A model generated the notes under the pieces. The model ran no database searches, was not told where the DNA came from, and saw nothing but the letters and a program-made list of their open reading frames with translations. From positions 1-54,646 of the IMG/VR virus record IMGVR_UViG_3300030222_000026: 54,646 bases of DNA; one strand, given 5' to 3'. Shown piece by piece: positions 37,938 through 46,679 of the stretch; within the stretch, counting starts at the first letter, position 1, and the number at the start of each line of letters is the position of its first letter. The position numbers and the translations under genes are program-made. The stretch is from a virus (lineage: Duplodnaviria; Caudoviricetes).

Positions 37938-39853
37938 TGCGGCCTCGCAGGGATCAGGTTTCCGCGCTCAACCTGGCGCTCAACCTCTTCGGCAGGCTTC
38001 ACGGTGGCGCGGCCAGAGGAAATGCCGCGCTCCTTCTCCATCAAGGCCAACTGTTGAGAGGGGGTGAGGCCCTGCTGGAGTTCGTCCTTCGAGATGCGGA
38101 AGCGGTCAAGGTCGGTTACGCCCATCGAGCGGATAGCCTCCTCGGCAATGCGACCGATGTTGTATTCCATCATCAGACCCGTCTGGGAGAGAACCTGAAG
38201 CATGTCGATCCAGGTCTGCGCATTGCGCGTGGGCTCGATGGGAAGCGTGCCGTCGATGACAAGGTAGTCGATGTCCCCCTGAAGATCCTTCGTGACATCG
38301 AAGTCGAGGTAGCCATCCTCAACCATCGAGGCTAGCTGGGTGGGCATCGAGTCCTCGGAAATGCGGATGGAGCCCTGATAGGAAAGCGCATCCTGAATGT
38401 TCTGGACCATCATGCGGACCTGAGGGCGGATCGTGGTCGCGGACGTGATGCGGGACAGGACGCCAAGCCGCTGGGAGCCAAGCTGGGTCAAGCGCTGGAT
38501 TTCCGTGGCCGTACGAACGTCGGCGGTCGGCATGCCCTGCTGCGCGTCAGAGGCAGCGGACGTGCGCTGCTTCAGATCGGAGAGAAGCTGGATGTCCTGC
38601 CAATGGCCACGGGTGATGTCCGGAATGTCAGCGATAAAGACGCCCTCGCCGGGCTCTGAGCCCTGGAGCGTCCGGACAACGCCGTAAGGGTTGCGGTCGA
38701 TGAGGTCGGGGACGGAAACGCGCGTCGGATCAACGAAGATCAGGTTCGACATCGCAGCCTGAACGTTGTCCACACGACTGCGAAGAAGCCAGGTGGCGAT
38801 CTCGTGCAGCGGCATCAGGATGTCGTAGAGAGACTGGCCGAAGGTCTTGTGGACGTCCTGGAAAAGAGAGCCGATGACGACAGGGAATTGGCGTCCGTAC
38901 GGGTTCGCCTGACAGCGGATGACAACGTCTTCGTCGATGATCGTGACGACAAGGTACATGGACTGGATGGCAGGCATGCCGATCTGCCAGCCCTGAACGA
39001 CAAGCCAAACCTCGTCGACGACCCGGTTCGATCCGATTTGCCAGTGACGGGTCGTCTCGCCGGTCTGAGCCGGGTTCTGGGGGTTGATCGTGAGACCTTG
39101 GCCCTGCTCCTGCGTGAAATGATGCGCCTTCCAGGCCGCGCGGTTCGGAGTTGTCGAGCGGCGGCGGAGCGCTGGGTACTTCGCCAGCTTGGGGTAAAGG
39201 CCAGTGCGGACAAGAGCCTCGTAGGAGACGTAATCGGCGAAGCCGATGAAGTTCATATCCTCCCAATCGCCCCAATTGACGCGCGGATCAGGGAAGAAAC
39301 GGCGAGGATTGAAGTTGATGATGCGGTTCTGGTTGGCGGTGGAGTCCCACAGGATCTTGGTGGGGGCGCAGCCGTAGCGAATGCCGTCCAGGAGTTGTTG
39401 GGCAACGCGAGCCTCACCAGCCGTGCGGCGCATCTGCTGGTGCAGAATGCGCTCGATGATCAGAGAGGGCATGCGCGACTTGCGGTTCAAGCCCTCAAGC
39501 TGGAACATGGGGTTACGGCCAGTGAGGGCCGCCATCATGTAGGTGAGGACCGTGTCGCTGATCGCGCGGGTGTCCGGGATCACCGCCTTCTCGGTGAAGT
39601 CGGTCGCGTCCGGATCGACATAAACGTCATGCGCGCGGTCGGCAGCGTCCCACGAGGCGTAGCGCTTCGAGATCTGAGCAGCCGACATCTCCATGCAGGC
39701 ACGGACATAGTCGACGATGGAGCGCTCCTGCTCGTCCGTCAGAAGATCGGAAATGTCCTGATACGAGGCCAGAGCATCAAAATGCTCGGAGAGGTCGGCG
39801 ATCATCTCGCTGGGAGAGGTGATCACGTCGCGCTTGTAGGCTGGCTCCGTCAT
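37934..39853 (-). CDS. Portal protein
   Basis: 639 aa after TerL; QQG...RTATE motif. Confidence 0.8.
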   Translation of the reverse strand: MTEPAYKRDVITSPSEMIADLSEHFDALASYQDISDLLTDEQERSIVDYVRACMEMSAAQISKRYASWDAADRAHDVYVDPDATDFTEKAVIPDTRAISDTVLTYMMAALTGRNPMFQLEGLNRKSRMPSLIIERILHQQMRRTAGEARVAQQLLDGIRYGCAPTKILWDSTANQNRIINFNPRRFFPDPRVNWGDWEDMNFIGFADYVSYEALVRTGLYPKLAKYPALRRRSTTPNRAAWKAHHFTQEQGQGLTINPQNPAQTGETTRHWQIGSNRVVDEVWLVVQGWQIGMPAIQSMYLVVTIIDEDVVIRCQANPYGRQFPVVIGSLFQDVHKTFGQSLYDILMPLHEIATWLLRSRVDNVQAAMSNLIFVDPTRVSVPDLIDRNPYGVVRTLQGSEPGEGVFIADIPDITRGHWQDIQLLSDLKQRTSAASDAQQGMPTADVRTATEIQRLTQLGSQRLGVLSRITSATTIRPQVRMMVQNIQDALSYQGSIRISEDSMPTQLASMVEDGYLDFDVTKDLQGDIDYLVIDGTLPIEPTRNAQTWIDMLQVLSQTGLMMEYNIGRIAEEAIRSMGVTDLDRFRISKDELQQGLTPSQQLALMEKERGISSGRATVKPAEEVERQVERGNLIPARPQ

Positions 39854-39913
39854 GATGGTCCCTGCCGTGAAAAGTCAGACGCGTTATCGCGCGGCAGGGA
39901 AAGAGCGGTCGTC

Positions 39914-41494
39914 CTAATGGCCAAGGGGACGCGGGGCCTTGCCCCGCGCGATCATGCCGTTGAGAGAAGGCGAGCGGCGGATGTCCTTGTCTTTCGAGGC
40001 CAGGGGGTCGGAAGAAGTGGCGAGGAGCGAGTTCAGGGAATTGCCCATACTGGTCGAGTCGATCAGTTGGTCGGCGGAAATGCCAACGCGGGAAAGAATG
40101 TCGACGCCCATGATGAACGCGTCGACCATGTCGTCGTGAACGCCTGACGGGAATTGGGCAAGCTCGCGGAGGAAGTCATCGAGCCAGGGGGCCTCCTGCG
40201 GGATGAAGACGCGGCCACCCTCGATGAGAGGGAGAGTGACATTGACGCGGGCGATCTTGTCGCGGTTCGCGAGGTTGTAGGGGATTACCGACATGCCAGA
40301 AGTGTTGCGGAGTTCCTGGATCAGGGATTGGCCGGAAGCGCGGTTTTCGATGTAAAGGCCGCGAAGCCCCTTTCCGCGAAGCGCAGCGGTGCGGGAAATG
40401 GCGATGCGCTTCATCGTGGGGAAATCCCACTTGCCACGCTGAATGTCCAGAACATGAATGTCACCCTGCCGGGTCAGGCCCATGGTGCAGAGAACGGAGT
40501 AGTCAGAGTTCGAGGTGGCCTGGTAGGCCGTGTCGGCGGTGATGATGAGAGACGTGTAGTCGTCCTGAGGGACGTCGTACTGCTGAAACCAGTCGATGCG
40601 GATCAGATTGCCGCCCATGATCTGGGGGTTCTGCTGGTAAAGAGCCTCGAAGTCGCGCTCGGATTTCTCTCGCTCGCGGTTCAGATCGGTCAGGGAAAAA
40701 CGCTCAGGCCACAGGGCGCGGTATTGGACGGGTTCGGTGTTGGGGACTTCAGAGATGGCCGGGAAGTTGATGTGGTGCCACAGACCCTCCTCCCACTCAG
40801 GGGTCTGCATGATGCGACCAGCAAGGTCATCAGGGTGCCAGCGAGTCAAAATCACGATCTGGATCGGGGCGGCACCGGAGAACTCGGGTTCGCGGCGATT
40901 GGAAAGAGAGCCCGTGTAAAAGTCCCAGACACGGTCGCGGATCAGCTTCGACTCCGCGTCGACGCGGGATTTGACCGGGTCGTCAATCAAGAGGCAGTTG
41001 GCCGCACGGCCAGTGGTCGTGCCGTTCAGGCCGATGGAATAGTAGTTGCCGTTGTCGGTGGTGACGAAGGTGTCAGCCGCGCGCTTGTCGGAGGCAATGC
41101 GAGAGTCAGGGAAAATGTTGCGGTACATGGGCTCGTTCATGACGGTGCGGACAGAACGGCCAAAGCCCTTCGCGAGGATCGCATTGTAGGAAACCGACAT
41201 GACGTGGCGACGAGGGTCACGGCCAAGGAAATAGGCCGGGAAGTTGATGGTGCCCCAACTGGACTTCGCGTGGCGCGGCGGCATCGTGACCAGAAGGTTG
41301 CGGGTCGGTTCAGACCGGGAGCCGACGAAAAGCGCGCGCTTCTCCAGGAGATCGAGAGCGTTGATCAGTTCGACCTGAAAGTCAGGGAGAGTGAAGTGCG
41401 GGTACATCGTGCGAACGAAGTCGAGGTACGACTCGGAAGCGCGGCGGTACTTCAGAAGTTGCTCGATGGCCGCACGGCGCGCGTCATCATTCAT
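39914..41494 (-). CDS. terL: Terminase large subunit
   Basis: MPPRHAKS, LLIDDP, TRWHPDDLAG, ALYQQ, TADTA, HDDMVDA. Confidence 0.92.
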   Translation of the reverse strand: MNDDARRAAIEQLLKYRRASESYLDFVRTMYPHFTLPDFQVELINALDLLEKRALFVGSRSEPTRNLLVTMPPRHAKSSWGTINFPAYFLGRDPRRHVMSVSYNAILAKGFGRSVRTVMNEPMYRNIFPDSRIASDKRAADTFVTTDNGNYYSIGLNGTTTGRAANCLLIDDPVKSRVDAESKLIRDRVWDFYTGSLSNRREPEFSGAAPIQIVILTRWHPDDLAGRIMQTPEWEEGLWHHINFPAISEVPNTEPVQYRALWPERFSLTDLNREREKSERDFEALYQQNPQIMGGNLIRIDWFQQYDVPQDDYTSLIITADTAYQATSNSDYSVLCTMGLTRQGDIHVLDIQRGKWDFPTMKRIAISRTAALRGKGLRGLYIENRASGQSLIQELRNTSGMSVIPYNLANRDKIARVNVTLPLIEGGRVFIPQEAPWLDDFLRELAQFPSGVHDDMVDAFIMGVDILSRVGISADQLIDSTSMGNSLNSLLATSSDPLASKDKDIRRSPSLNGMIARGKAPRPLGH

Positions 41495-41723
41495 GGGGAG
41501 AGCCACGTAGCTTGTAGCGGAGAAGACGGGCAGCCGTGATCTCGGCTGCCGCCGAGCGGTCGTGGATCGTGTCGGCCATGATGCGCATGAGGTGGTCCAT
41601 CAGCGCAGCCTTTCGCTTCTCGGAGGGGACAGAGGACAGATCGAGTTGAGCCATCGCACGGCCAAGGGAGGACGGCGTCAAGGACGCCGCCAGGGCGTCC
41701 TTCTGGAGATTGCGGACAACCAT
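41487..41723 (-). CDS. Hypothetical protein
   Basis: TGATG overlap upstream and overlap with the terL start. Confidence 0.55.
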   Translation of the reverse strand: MVVRNLQKDALAASLTPSSLGRAMAQLDLSSVPSEKRKAALMDHLMRIMADTIHDRSAAAEITAARLLRYKLRGSPHE

Positions 41724-42760
41724 CAGGAGGTCTCCTTGTCGGAGGGGCCAGAGGGAGGAGTGGCCTCAAGGTCGAGGCAGGGGGCGGCGTCGGCGTCTGG
41801 CTCGTTGTGCGGGACAAAGTCGCCAATGACCTCATCGTGATTGACTGCCTCCGGGGAAAGGTGTCGCGGGAGATCGTGCTCACCCGCCTTCGGGGAAGAG
41901 AGGTAGTCGGAGAGAAGCGACTCGAGGTCGGAGCGCGACATGCTCGCAATCTCCTGGGGGTCGTGCTCGATGGTCTTCTGCTTCGTGTCGGGAAGGCGGC
42001 GGGCCGCGAGGTTGGCATCCGCCTTGTAGCGGGTGTCGGCGGAAACCAGCAGGCGATCCAGAAGGCCAAGGAACAGGCGCGTGCGAGAGAGAGACCACTC
42101 GTCACGACCAGACAGGGCCTCGGATACAGCGTGGGCCTTGGTCGAAATGACCTTCAGATAGCGCTCCCGAAGGGCGTCCTCCTGCTCCTTGGTCAAGGGT
42201 AGCTTCTCCTGCAAATAGTCGACGAGATCAGTGCGGCGCATCAGAAACTCCAAAGACGGGATGAGGGTATTGGAGACAGATGACGCAGGTCGTCCGGGGT
42301 ACGGGTGCGTCAGACACCACCAACGGAACTCAAGAGTCTCCGGTTGGAGCGCCGTAGGGTCAAAGGCCAGGGCGAAGGCGTGGAGGCGCACGATCTCGCG
42401 GCAGTGGTAAGAGCAGAACTCGTACCGGGAGTTCGGGCCGCAAATCCAGAACTTGCGGCGACAGCAGCCGCAGCGGTGCGTGCGCCAGTTGGCCTCGAGA
42501 TCGGGCAGGCGTCCGGTGCGCTCCTCGTCCAGACGTATCCACTCACCCGATAGCAGTTGGGGGTAATAGCCCTCGCGGAAGCGACGCCGGTTGGGCGTGT
42601 TGATGCTCTTCGGGGGGCGGTATCGCCCACTGGCCACGCGAGCCCAATACTCGCGGACGAGCATGGGCGCAGGGCCGCGAGGGAAGAAGCGGCGGAAGTT
42701 GTAGATGATGGAGTTGTAGAGCTTCGAGCGTTGCTCAGGTGTGCGATGGCGACGACGCAT
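41723..42760 (-). CDS. Putative terminase small subunit with N-terminal Zn-finger region
   Basis: Position before TerL; CGCC...FCSYHC; helical core; start uncertain (42817, 42760 or 42241). Confidence 0.45.
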   Translation of the reverse strand: MRRRHRTPEQRSKLYNSIIYNFRRFFPRGPAPMLVREYWARVASGRYRPPKSINTPNRRRFREGYYPQLLSGEWIRLDEERTGRLPDLEANWRTHRCGCCRRKFWICGPNSRYEFCSYHCREIVRLHAFALAFDPTALQPETLEFRWWCLTHPYPGRPASSVSNTLIPSLEFLMRRTDLVDYLQEKLPLTKEQEDALRERYLKVISTKAHAVSEALSGRDEWSLSRTRLFLGLLDRLLVSADTRYKADANLAARRLPDTKQKTIEHDPQEIASMSRSDLESLLSDYLSSPKAGEHDLPRHLSPEAVNHDEVIGDFVPHNEPDADAAPCLDLEATPPSGPSDKETS

Positions 42761-42994
42761 TGGCTCCCAAAACCCCGATTTAGACCACGAGTGAGCACCG
42801 CGTAGGGAGTGGAACAACCAGGTGCGCGGGACTCCAACGGCGGGTCGAAGACCCGCCCCCCCAGGCGGTATACATCTACCACATATGAGGGGGTGGGGGT
42901 CGTCTCAACGGCAAAAAATTGACACAGCAGAGGCATAAATCACTGAAATTGCTAGTGAAAAACTCCCCTCTCAAGGGAGTGTCTCGTAGTGTTT

Positions 42995-43018
42995 ACGCGC
43001 GTGAATAGGGAGTCTTAG
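42995..43018 (+). promoter_or_regulatory. Early-region motif copy A (ACGCGCGTGAATAGGGAGTCTTAG)
   Basis: Aligns without gaps to the copies at 44264 and 47460. Confidence 0.6.
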
Positions 43019-43075
43019 GGGGCGAGCCGAGCCAGTCGGGACCGGCTCATGACATGACACACAAGGAGTTTACAC

Positions 43076-43540
43076 ATGTCCAAGCGCAAGACGCCCACCA
43101 ATCCATTCACCGTCGCGTCCGTGGAGATTTCTCGCCTCGGCATGGGCGGGCGCGTCGCGAAAGTCATCTCGCAGCCCGTCTACGCCTACTCGGGCAAAAT
43201 CGTCGCCCACCTCGCTGGCAAGCTGCGCGAAGTGACGCCCACGGGCGACACGACCGCCACCGTCGACCTGCTCGCGAAGCCCGTGTTCGAGTTCCCCGAG
43301 CGCCCCAAGCGCGCGGAGGTCGCGGACAAGCTGGCGGAGGTCGGCGCGGTCAAGCTCGTGCCCGCGAAGGCGGCTGCGCCCGCGTCTTCGCCGAAGGCGA
43401 AGGCCGCGCCCAAGGCTTCGCCGAAGGCGAAGGCGAAGGCCGCCCCTGCGGACACCGTGGGCGCGGCGGTCGCTGCCATCATGGGCAACGCCCACCTCAC
43501 GCTCGACCAGAAGCTGGAGGCGCTCGCCGCGCTGCGGTGA
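43076..43540 (+). CDS. First early protein, with histone H1-like PKAKAA repeats
   Basis: AAGGAG RBS; K/A/P-rich segment. Confidence 0.75.
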   Translation: MSKRKTPTNPFTVASVEISRLGMGGRVAKVISQPVYAYSGKIVAHLAGKLREVTPTGDTTATVDLLAKPVFEFPERPKRAEVADKLAEVGAVKLVPAKAAAPASSPKAKAAPKASPKAKAKAAPADTVGAAVAAIMGNAHLTLDQKLEALAALR

Positions 43541-43567
43541 GCGTCCCTGCCACCACCACCACAACAA

Positions 43568-43598
43568 CGCCTCGCTCGCAAGAGCGGGGCGTTTTTTT
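43568..43598 (+). terminator. Intrinsic terminator
   Basis: CGCCTCGCTC-GCAA-GAGCGGGGCG-T7. Confidence 0.8.
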
Positions 43599-43622
43599 AT
43601 GCCTCACACACGGAGATTACCC

Positions 43623-43757
43623 ATGTTCGAAACCCTCGCGCACCTCGTCGACACGAACGATTTATCCGCTGCACGAGCGGCCCTTGGCGACGATCCCGTC
43701 GCCATGACGTTCGACGACGACGATCACGCCGCCGACGACGACACCATCGACGAGTGA
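43623..43757 (+). CDS. 44-aa acidic peptide (not in ORF track)
   Basis: GGAG RBS; MFETLAHLVDTNDLSAARAALGDDPVAMTFDDDDHAADDDTIDE. Confidence 0.55.
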   Translation: MFETLAHLVDTNDLSAARAALGDDPVAMTFDDDDHAADDDTIDE

Positions 43758-44044
43758 CCATCGGATCGGGCCGCACGCTGTGCGGCCTTTTCCCGTGTTC
43801 ATTGGCGAGCACGACGACACGAAAGGAACCGCATGGAATATGACGTTGAAAGGCCCGCATCCTACGTCTTGAGAGCGGCGACGATCATCGGCATGAACCG
43901 GTTTTTTGACCACGTTGACGACGTGATCCAGGCCGGGGTGCGCAGTGGGGAGGCGCTCGACTACGAGCAGGCGCTTCTCCGAGCGGCCAAGAGATGCCAC
44001 GCCATCCTAGACGCACAAGTCACATCGTGACCATCGGATCGGGC
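43754..44044 (+). repeat. 18-bp direct repeat GTGACCATCGGATCGGGC, each copy followed by a hairpin
   Basis: Copies at 43754-43771 and 44027-44044, each containing the stop codon of the preceding gene. Confidence 0.85.
43833..44030 (+). CDS. Hypothetical protein
   Basis: GAAAGGA RBS. Confidence 0.6.
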   Translation: MEYDVERPASYVLRAATIIGMNRFFDHVDDVIQAGVRSGEALDYEQALLRAAKRCHAILDAQVTS

Positions 44045-44111
44045 AGGCCGCAAGGCTTGCCCTTTCTCGTGCTCATGAACGGCACGACACCAGACACAAG
44101 GAGATCACGCC

Positions 44112-44258
44112 ATGACCGACGAGCGCCGCGAAACCCTCAACGCCTTGGCCCAAGCCCTCCGTCAGGAAGCCGCATTCTGGCGTCAGGAGGGTGATCACAA
44201 CCGCGCCGATGACTGCCTCAAGCGCGCTCGGATCGCCGAGAAGCGCCTCGCCGCCTGA
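44112..44258 (+). CDS. 48-aa hypothetical protein (not in ORF track)
   Basis: AAGGAG RBS; MTDERRETLNALAQALRQEAAFW... Confidence 0.6.
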   Translation: MTDERRETLNALAQALRQEAAFWRQEGDHNRADDCLKRARIAEKRLAA

Positions 44259-44263
44259 TCACA

Positions 44264-44325
44264 ACGCGTGTTGAAAAGGAGTCTTAGAGATCGCAAGGCG
44301 GGGCCATTTGGCCTCGCCTTTTTTT
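44264..44325 (+). promoter_or_regulatory. Early-region motif copy B followed by a terminator-like hairpin
   Basis: ACGCGTGTTGAAAAGGAGTCTTAG; stem 44295-44320 with T-tract. Confidence 0.6.
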
Positions 44326-44352
44326 CGTCCACGACACACAAGGATCACAACC

Positions 44353-44712
44353 ATGACGACACCGAATGCCTACGTGCTTCTGCACGCCGACCGCACCATG
44401 TCCCCGCTGATCGTGGATTACACCATAGCCAACGCCCTTGAAGTGATCAAGGAACTGAGGACGCTCACGACCGACGTCAGCGATCCCGACGCGTGGCTTG
44501 CGCCCGTCCTTGTCACGATCTCGGCGCGCGCCGCAAGCCCGACCGAGCCGATCAAGGTGCGGAGGCTCACACGGCAGGATCGCAAGCTGATCCGTACTGA
44601 TCCGTACGCCTTCGCGCGTACGGAGGGGCTCGACCTCATCGTCTACGACGTGAAGGAGGGGGTCTACAATATGTGCCTCTGCGGCCAGCCTGCGGAGAGC
44701 GAAGCGGCCTGA
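44353..44712 (+). CDS. Hypothetical protein
   Basis: ACACAAGGA RBS before MTTPNAY. Confidence 0.65.
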   Translation: MTTPNAYVLLHADRTMSPLIVDYTIANALEVIKELRTLTTDVSDPDAWLAPVLVTISARAASPTEPIKVRRLTRQDRKLIRTDPYAFARTEGLDLIVYDVKEGVYNMCLCGQPAESEAA

Positions 44713-44740
44713 TCACGACCGATCACACGGCCAGGGGGAG

Positions 44741-44769
44741 AGGCGACGGCATGAGCCGTCGCCTTTTTT
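44741..44769 (+). terminator. Intrinsic terminator
   Basis: AGGCGACGGC-ATGA-GCCGTCGCCT-TTTTT. Confidence 0.8.
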
Positions 44770-44780
44770 CATTGACTCAA

Positions 44781-44803
44781 GGGTGTCGCATAGTGTGACA
44801 TCC
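44781..44803. promoter_or_regulatory. Operator-like site GGGTGTCGC-ATAGT-GTGACATCC
   Basis: Imperfect palindrome repeated at 46617 and 53131. Confidence 0.7.
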
Positions 44804-44837
44804 GGAAGACATCCACCACCACACGAAAGGACACCAC

Positions 44838-45101
44838 ATGGCCCTCACCACGGCGGCGGCCAGCCGCAAGGATCGCTCGATGAGCGACCACGAACTCAGG
44901 CGGTTTCAGCACCGCCATTACGCTGCCATCGCCGCCATCCTGCGGCGTATGCAGGAAGACGGCCTCGTCCCTGTGCCCATCTGCAACAGGGTCACGCAGC
45001 ACTTCGCCAACGAGTTCGAGCGGGCGAACGAGAAGTTCGACCGATCCCGTTTCATCCTCGGCACCGTGAGTGGCGATCACCTGCCCGAAGACTTCGCCTG
45101 A
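44838..45101 (+). CDS. Hypothetical protein
   Basis: GAAAGGA RBS; RHYAAIA...FANEFERANEKFDRSRF. Confidence 0.7.
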   Translation: MALTTAAASRKDRSMSDHELRRFQHRHYAAIAAILRRMQEDGLVPVPICNRVTQHFANEFERANEKFDRSRFILGTVSGDHLPEDFA

Positions 45102-45118
45102 CACAAGGAACCACCACC

Positions 45119-45472
45119 ATGCTGCTCATCACCAGCGACCAGAACCTGCGTCTCGACCGCAACGGGGAGGCCCTTGCAGCCCGCCGCAAGGACGCGCTCG
45201 ATCTCACCCCTCCTCTCAAGCTGTTCACGCCCTGGGGTGGCGCGACGTGGCTGTTGGTCAGCCGCGACCCGGACCACCACAACATTCTCTTCGGCCTCTG
45301 CGATCTCGGCCTTGGTTACCCCGAACTCGGCGACGTCGACCTCGACGAACTCAAGGCCCTGCAAGGGCCATGGGGGCTCAGGGTGGAGCGAGACATCCAC
45401 TGGACGGCGCGCAAGCGTCCGCTCCGCCACTTCTACGACGAGGCCATGGCCAACGGGAGGATCGTGGCGTGA
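45119..45472 (+). CDS. DUF2958-like protein
   Basis: KLFTPWGGATWLL...FGLCDLGLGYPELG..LDEL...VERD signature. Confidence 0.8.
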   Translation: MLLITSDQNLRLDRNGEALAARRKDALDLTPPLKLFTPWGGATWLLVSRDPDHHNILFGLCDLGLGYPELGDVDLDELKALQGPWGLRVERDIHWTARKRPLRHFYDEAMANGRIVA

Positions 45473-45558
45473 AGGACGTCGACGAGATTGCCGCCAATGC
45501 CCTCGGCATCGCCTTCATCCTGATCATCTGGCTGACCGTGTGGGAGGTGCTGCCATGA
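45469..45558 (+). CDS. 29-aa single-TM peptide
   Basis: GGAGG RBS, GTGA overlap, ALGIAFILIIWLTVW. Confidence 0.5.
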   Translation: MKDVDEIAANALGIAFILIIWLTVWEVLP

Positions 45559-45827
45559 CCCTGTTCGAGCGCATGGGGAGATCGCTGGCCGACTTCAAGC
45601 GGGGCCTGAAAACTCCGGCTCCGCCTAACCCGGAGCCACCGATCACATTCACGAAGACGTGTGAGTGGTGCAGGTATTTCGCCACCCCGCTGACGTGCCG
45701 CCGATATCCGAAGCACACCGCCGCCCCCTCGCCCTCCCACGTGTGCGGAGAGTGGGATCATGGACGTCACGCGGCGAAACAGCTTGACGATCACATGTTG
45801 TGGAAATGGAGGCAATTCGGGACGTGA
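45555..45827 (+). CDS. Cys-rich putative metal-binding protein
   Basis: CEWC...CRRYP...CGEW; GGAGG RBS. Confidence 0.65.
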   Translation: MTLFERMGRSLADFKRGLKTPAPPNPEPPITFTKTCEWCRYFATPLTCRRYPKHTAAPSPSHVCGEWDHGRHAAKQLDDHMLWKWRQFGT

Positions 45828-46162
45828 CCGACCGCCTCAACAAGACGCTGGCCCTGCTCAACAGGGCCACGTCGGAGGGCGAAGCCCTCGCCGCTTGGCG
45901 AGCGGCTCGCCGGATCAAGCCGGATGGGGAGTTGTTCGTTTCTCCGTCCACTCAATCCACCATGAGCAACGAAGACATCGGGAGGATCGCCAGACACATC
46001 AACTACTTGAACACACTACTCAGCATGGAGAAGCGCACGGTCATTCTCGAGCGAAGGAAAGCGCGACAAGCACGGGAGCGTGGAGTTGTCATGGCAATTG
46101 TTGCCTTCGCAATTGGCATGATCTTCGGCTGGCACGCAGCCGTGCTTGCCATCTCCTCATGA
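45806..46162 (+). CDS. Membrane-anchored protein with DUF2786-like N-terminus
   Basis: LNKTLALL..EGEALAA; C-terminal TM; start uncertain. Confidence 0.55.
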   Translation: MEAIRDVTDRLNKTLALLNRATSEGEALAAWRAARRIKPDGELFVSPSTQSTMSNEDIGRIARHINYLNTLLSMEKRTVILERRKARQARERGVVMAIVAFAIGMIFGWHAAVLAISS

Positions 46163-46178
46163 CACAAGGAACACCACC

Positions 46179-46490
46179 ATGAACACCGAGTTTTGCAGGA
46201 TCGAGCGACATCAGGGGCATCAGGCCCTCGCCATGCTCGAAGATCGGGACGATGAGGGTGGGAACCTCTTCGTCCACATTCGAACCGATGCAGGAGGGGC
46301 CACGCTCTCGCTCTCCTTCGGAGGGTGGCCCCCGGAAGAGCGCGATCTGGCCATCGAGGCCATGAAGCGGGTCAACCTGAGTGCTTGGGTCGTCATCGCC
46401 CTGACGGGCGACTACGAGCGCATCACGGAGATCTTTGACCCCATTAAGGACATCTTCAATGGCGTCAAGCTGGAGGGTTCCAATGCCTGA
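46179..46490 (+). CDS. Hypothetical protein
   Basis: GACACAAGGA RBS before MNTEF. Confidence 0.65.
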   Translation: MNTEFCRIERHQGHQALAMLEDRDDEGGNLFVHIRTDAGGATLSLSFGGWPPEERDLAIEAMKRVNLSAWVVIALTGDYERITEIFDPIKDIFNGVKLEGSNA

Positions 46491-46599
46491 CCTACCCAAG
46501 ATGCGGGTCGGCGACCTGCTCCACAGCCTACCCACCAAGAATGCCGACAGGCTGAGGCTGCTCTGCCTGTTCATCGTGATCGTGGCCCTCTTCACATAG
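46483..46599 (+). CDS. 38-aa peptide with C-terminal TM
   Basis: GGAGG RBS; MPDLPK...LLCLFIVIVALFT. Confidence 0.45.
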   Translation: MPDLPKMRVGDLLHSLPTKNADRLRLLCLFIVIVALFT

Positions 46600-46616
46600 A
46601 GGCCACCACGCTTGCG

Positions 46617-46639
46617 GGGTGTCGCACAATGTGACATCC
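46617..46639. promoter_or_regulatory. Operator-like site GGGTGTCGC-ACAAT-GTGACATCC
   Basis: Member of the repeated operator family. Confidence 0.7.
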
Positions 46640-46679
46640 TGTTGACGTCTACCACCACCACAGAAACGGAGACACAAGG

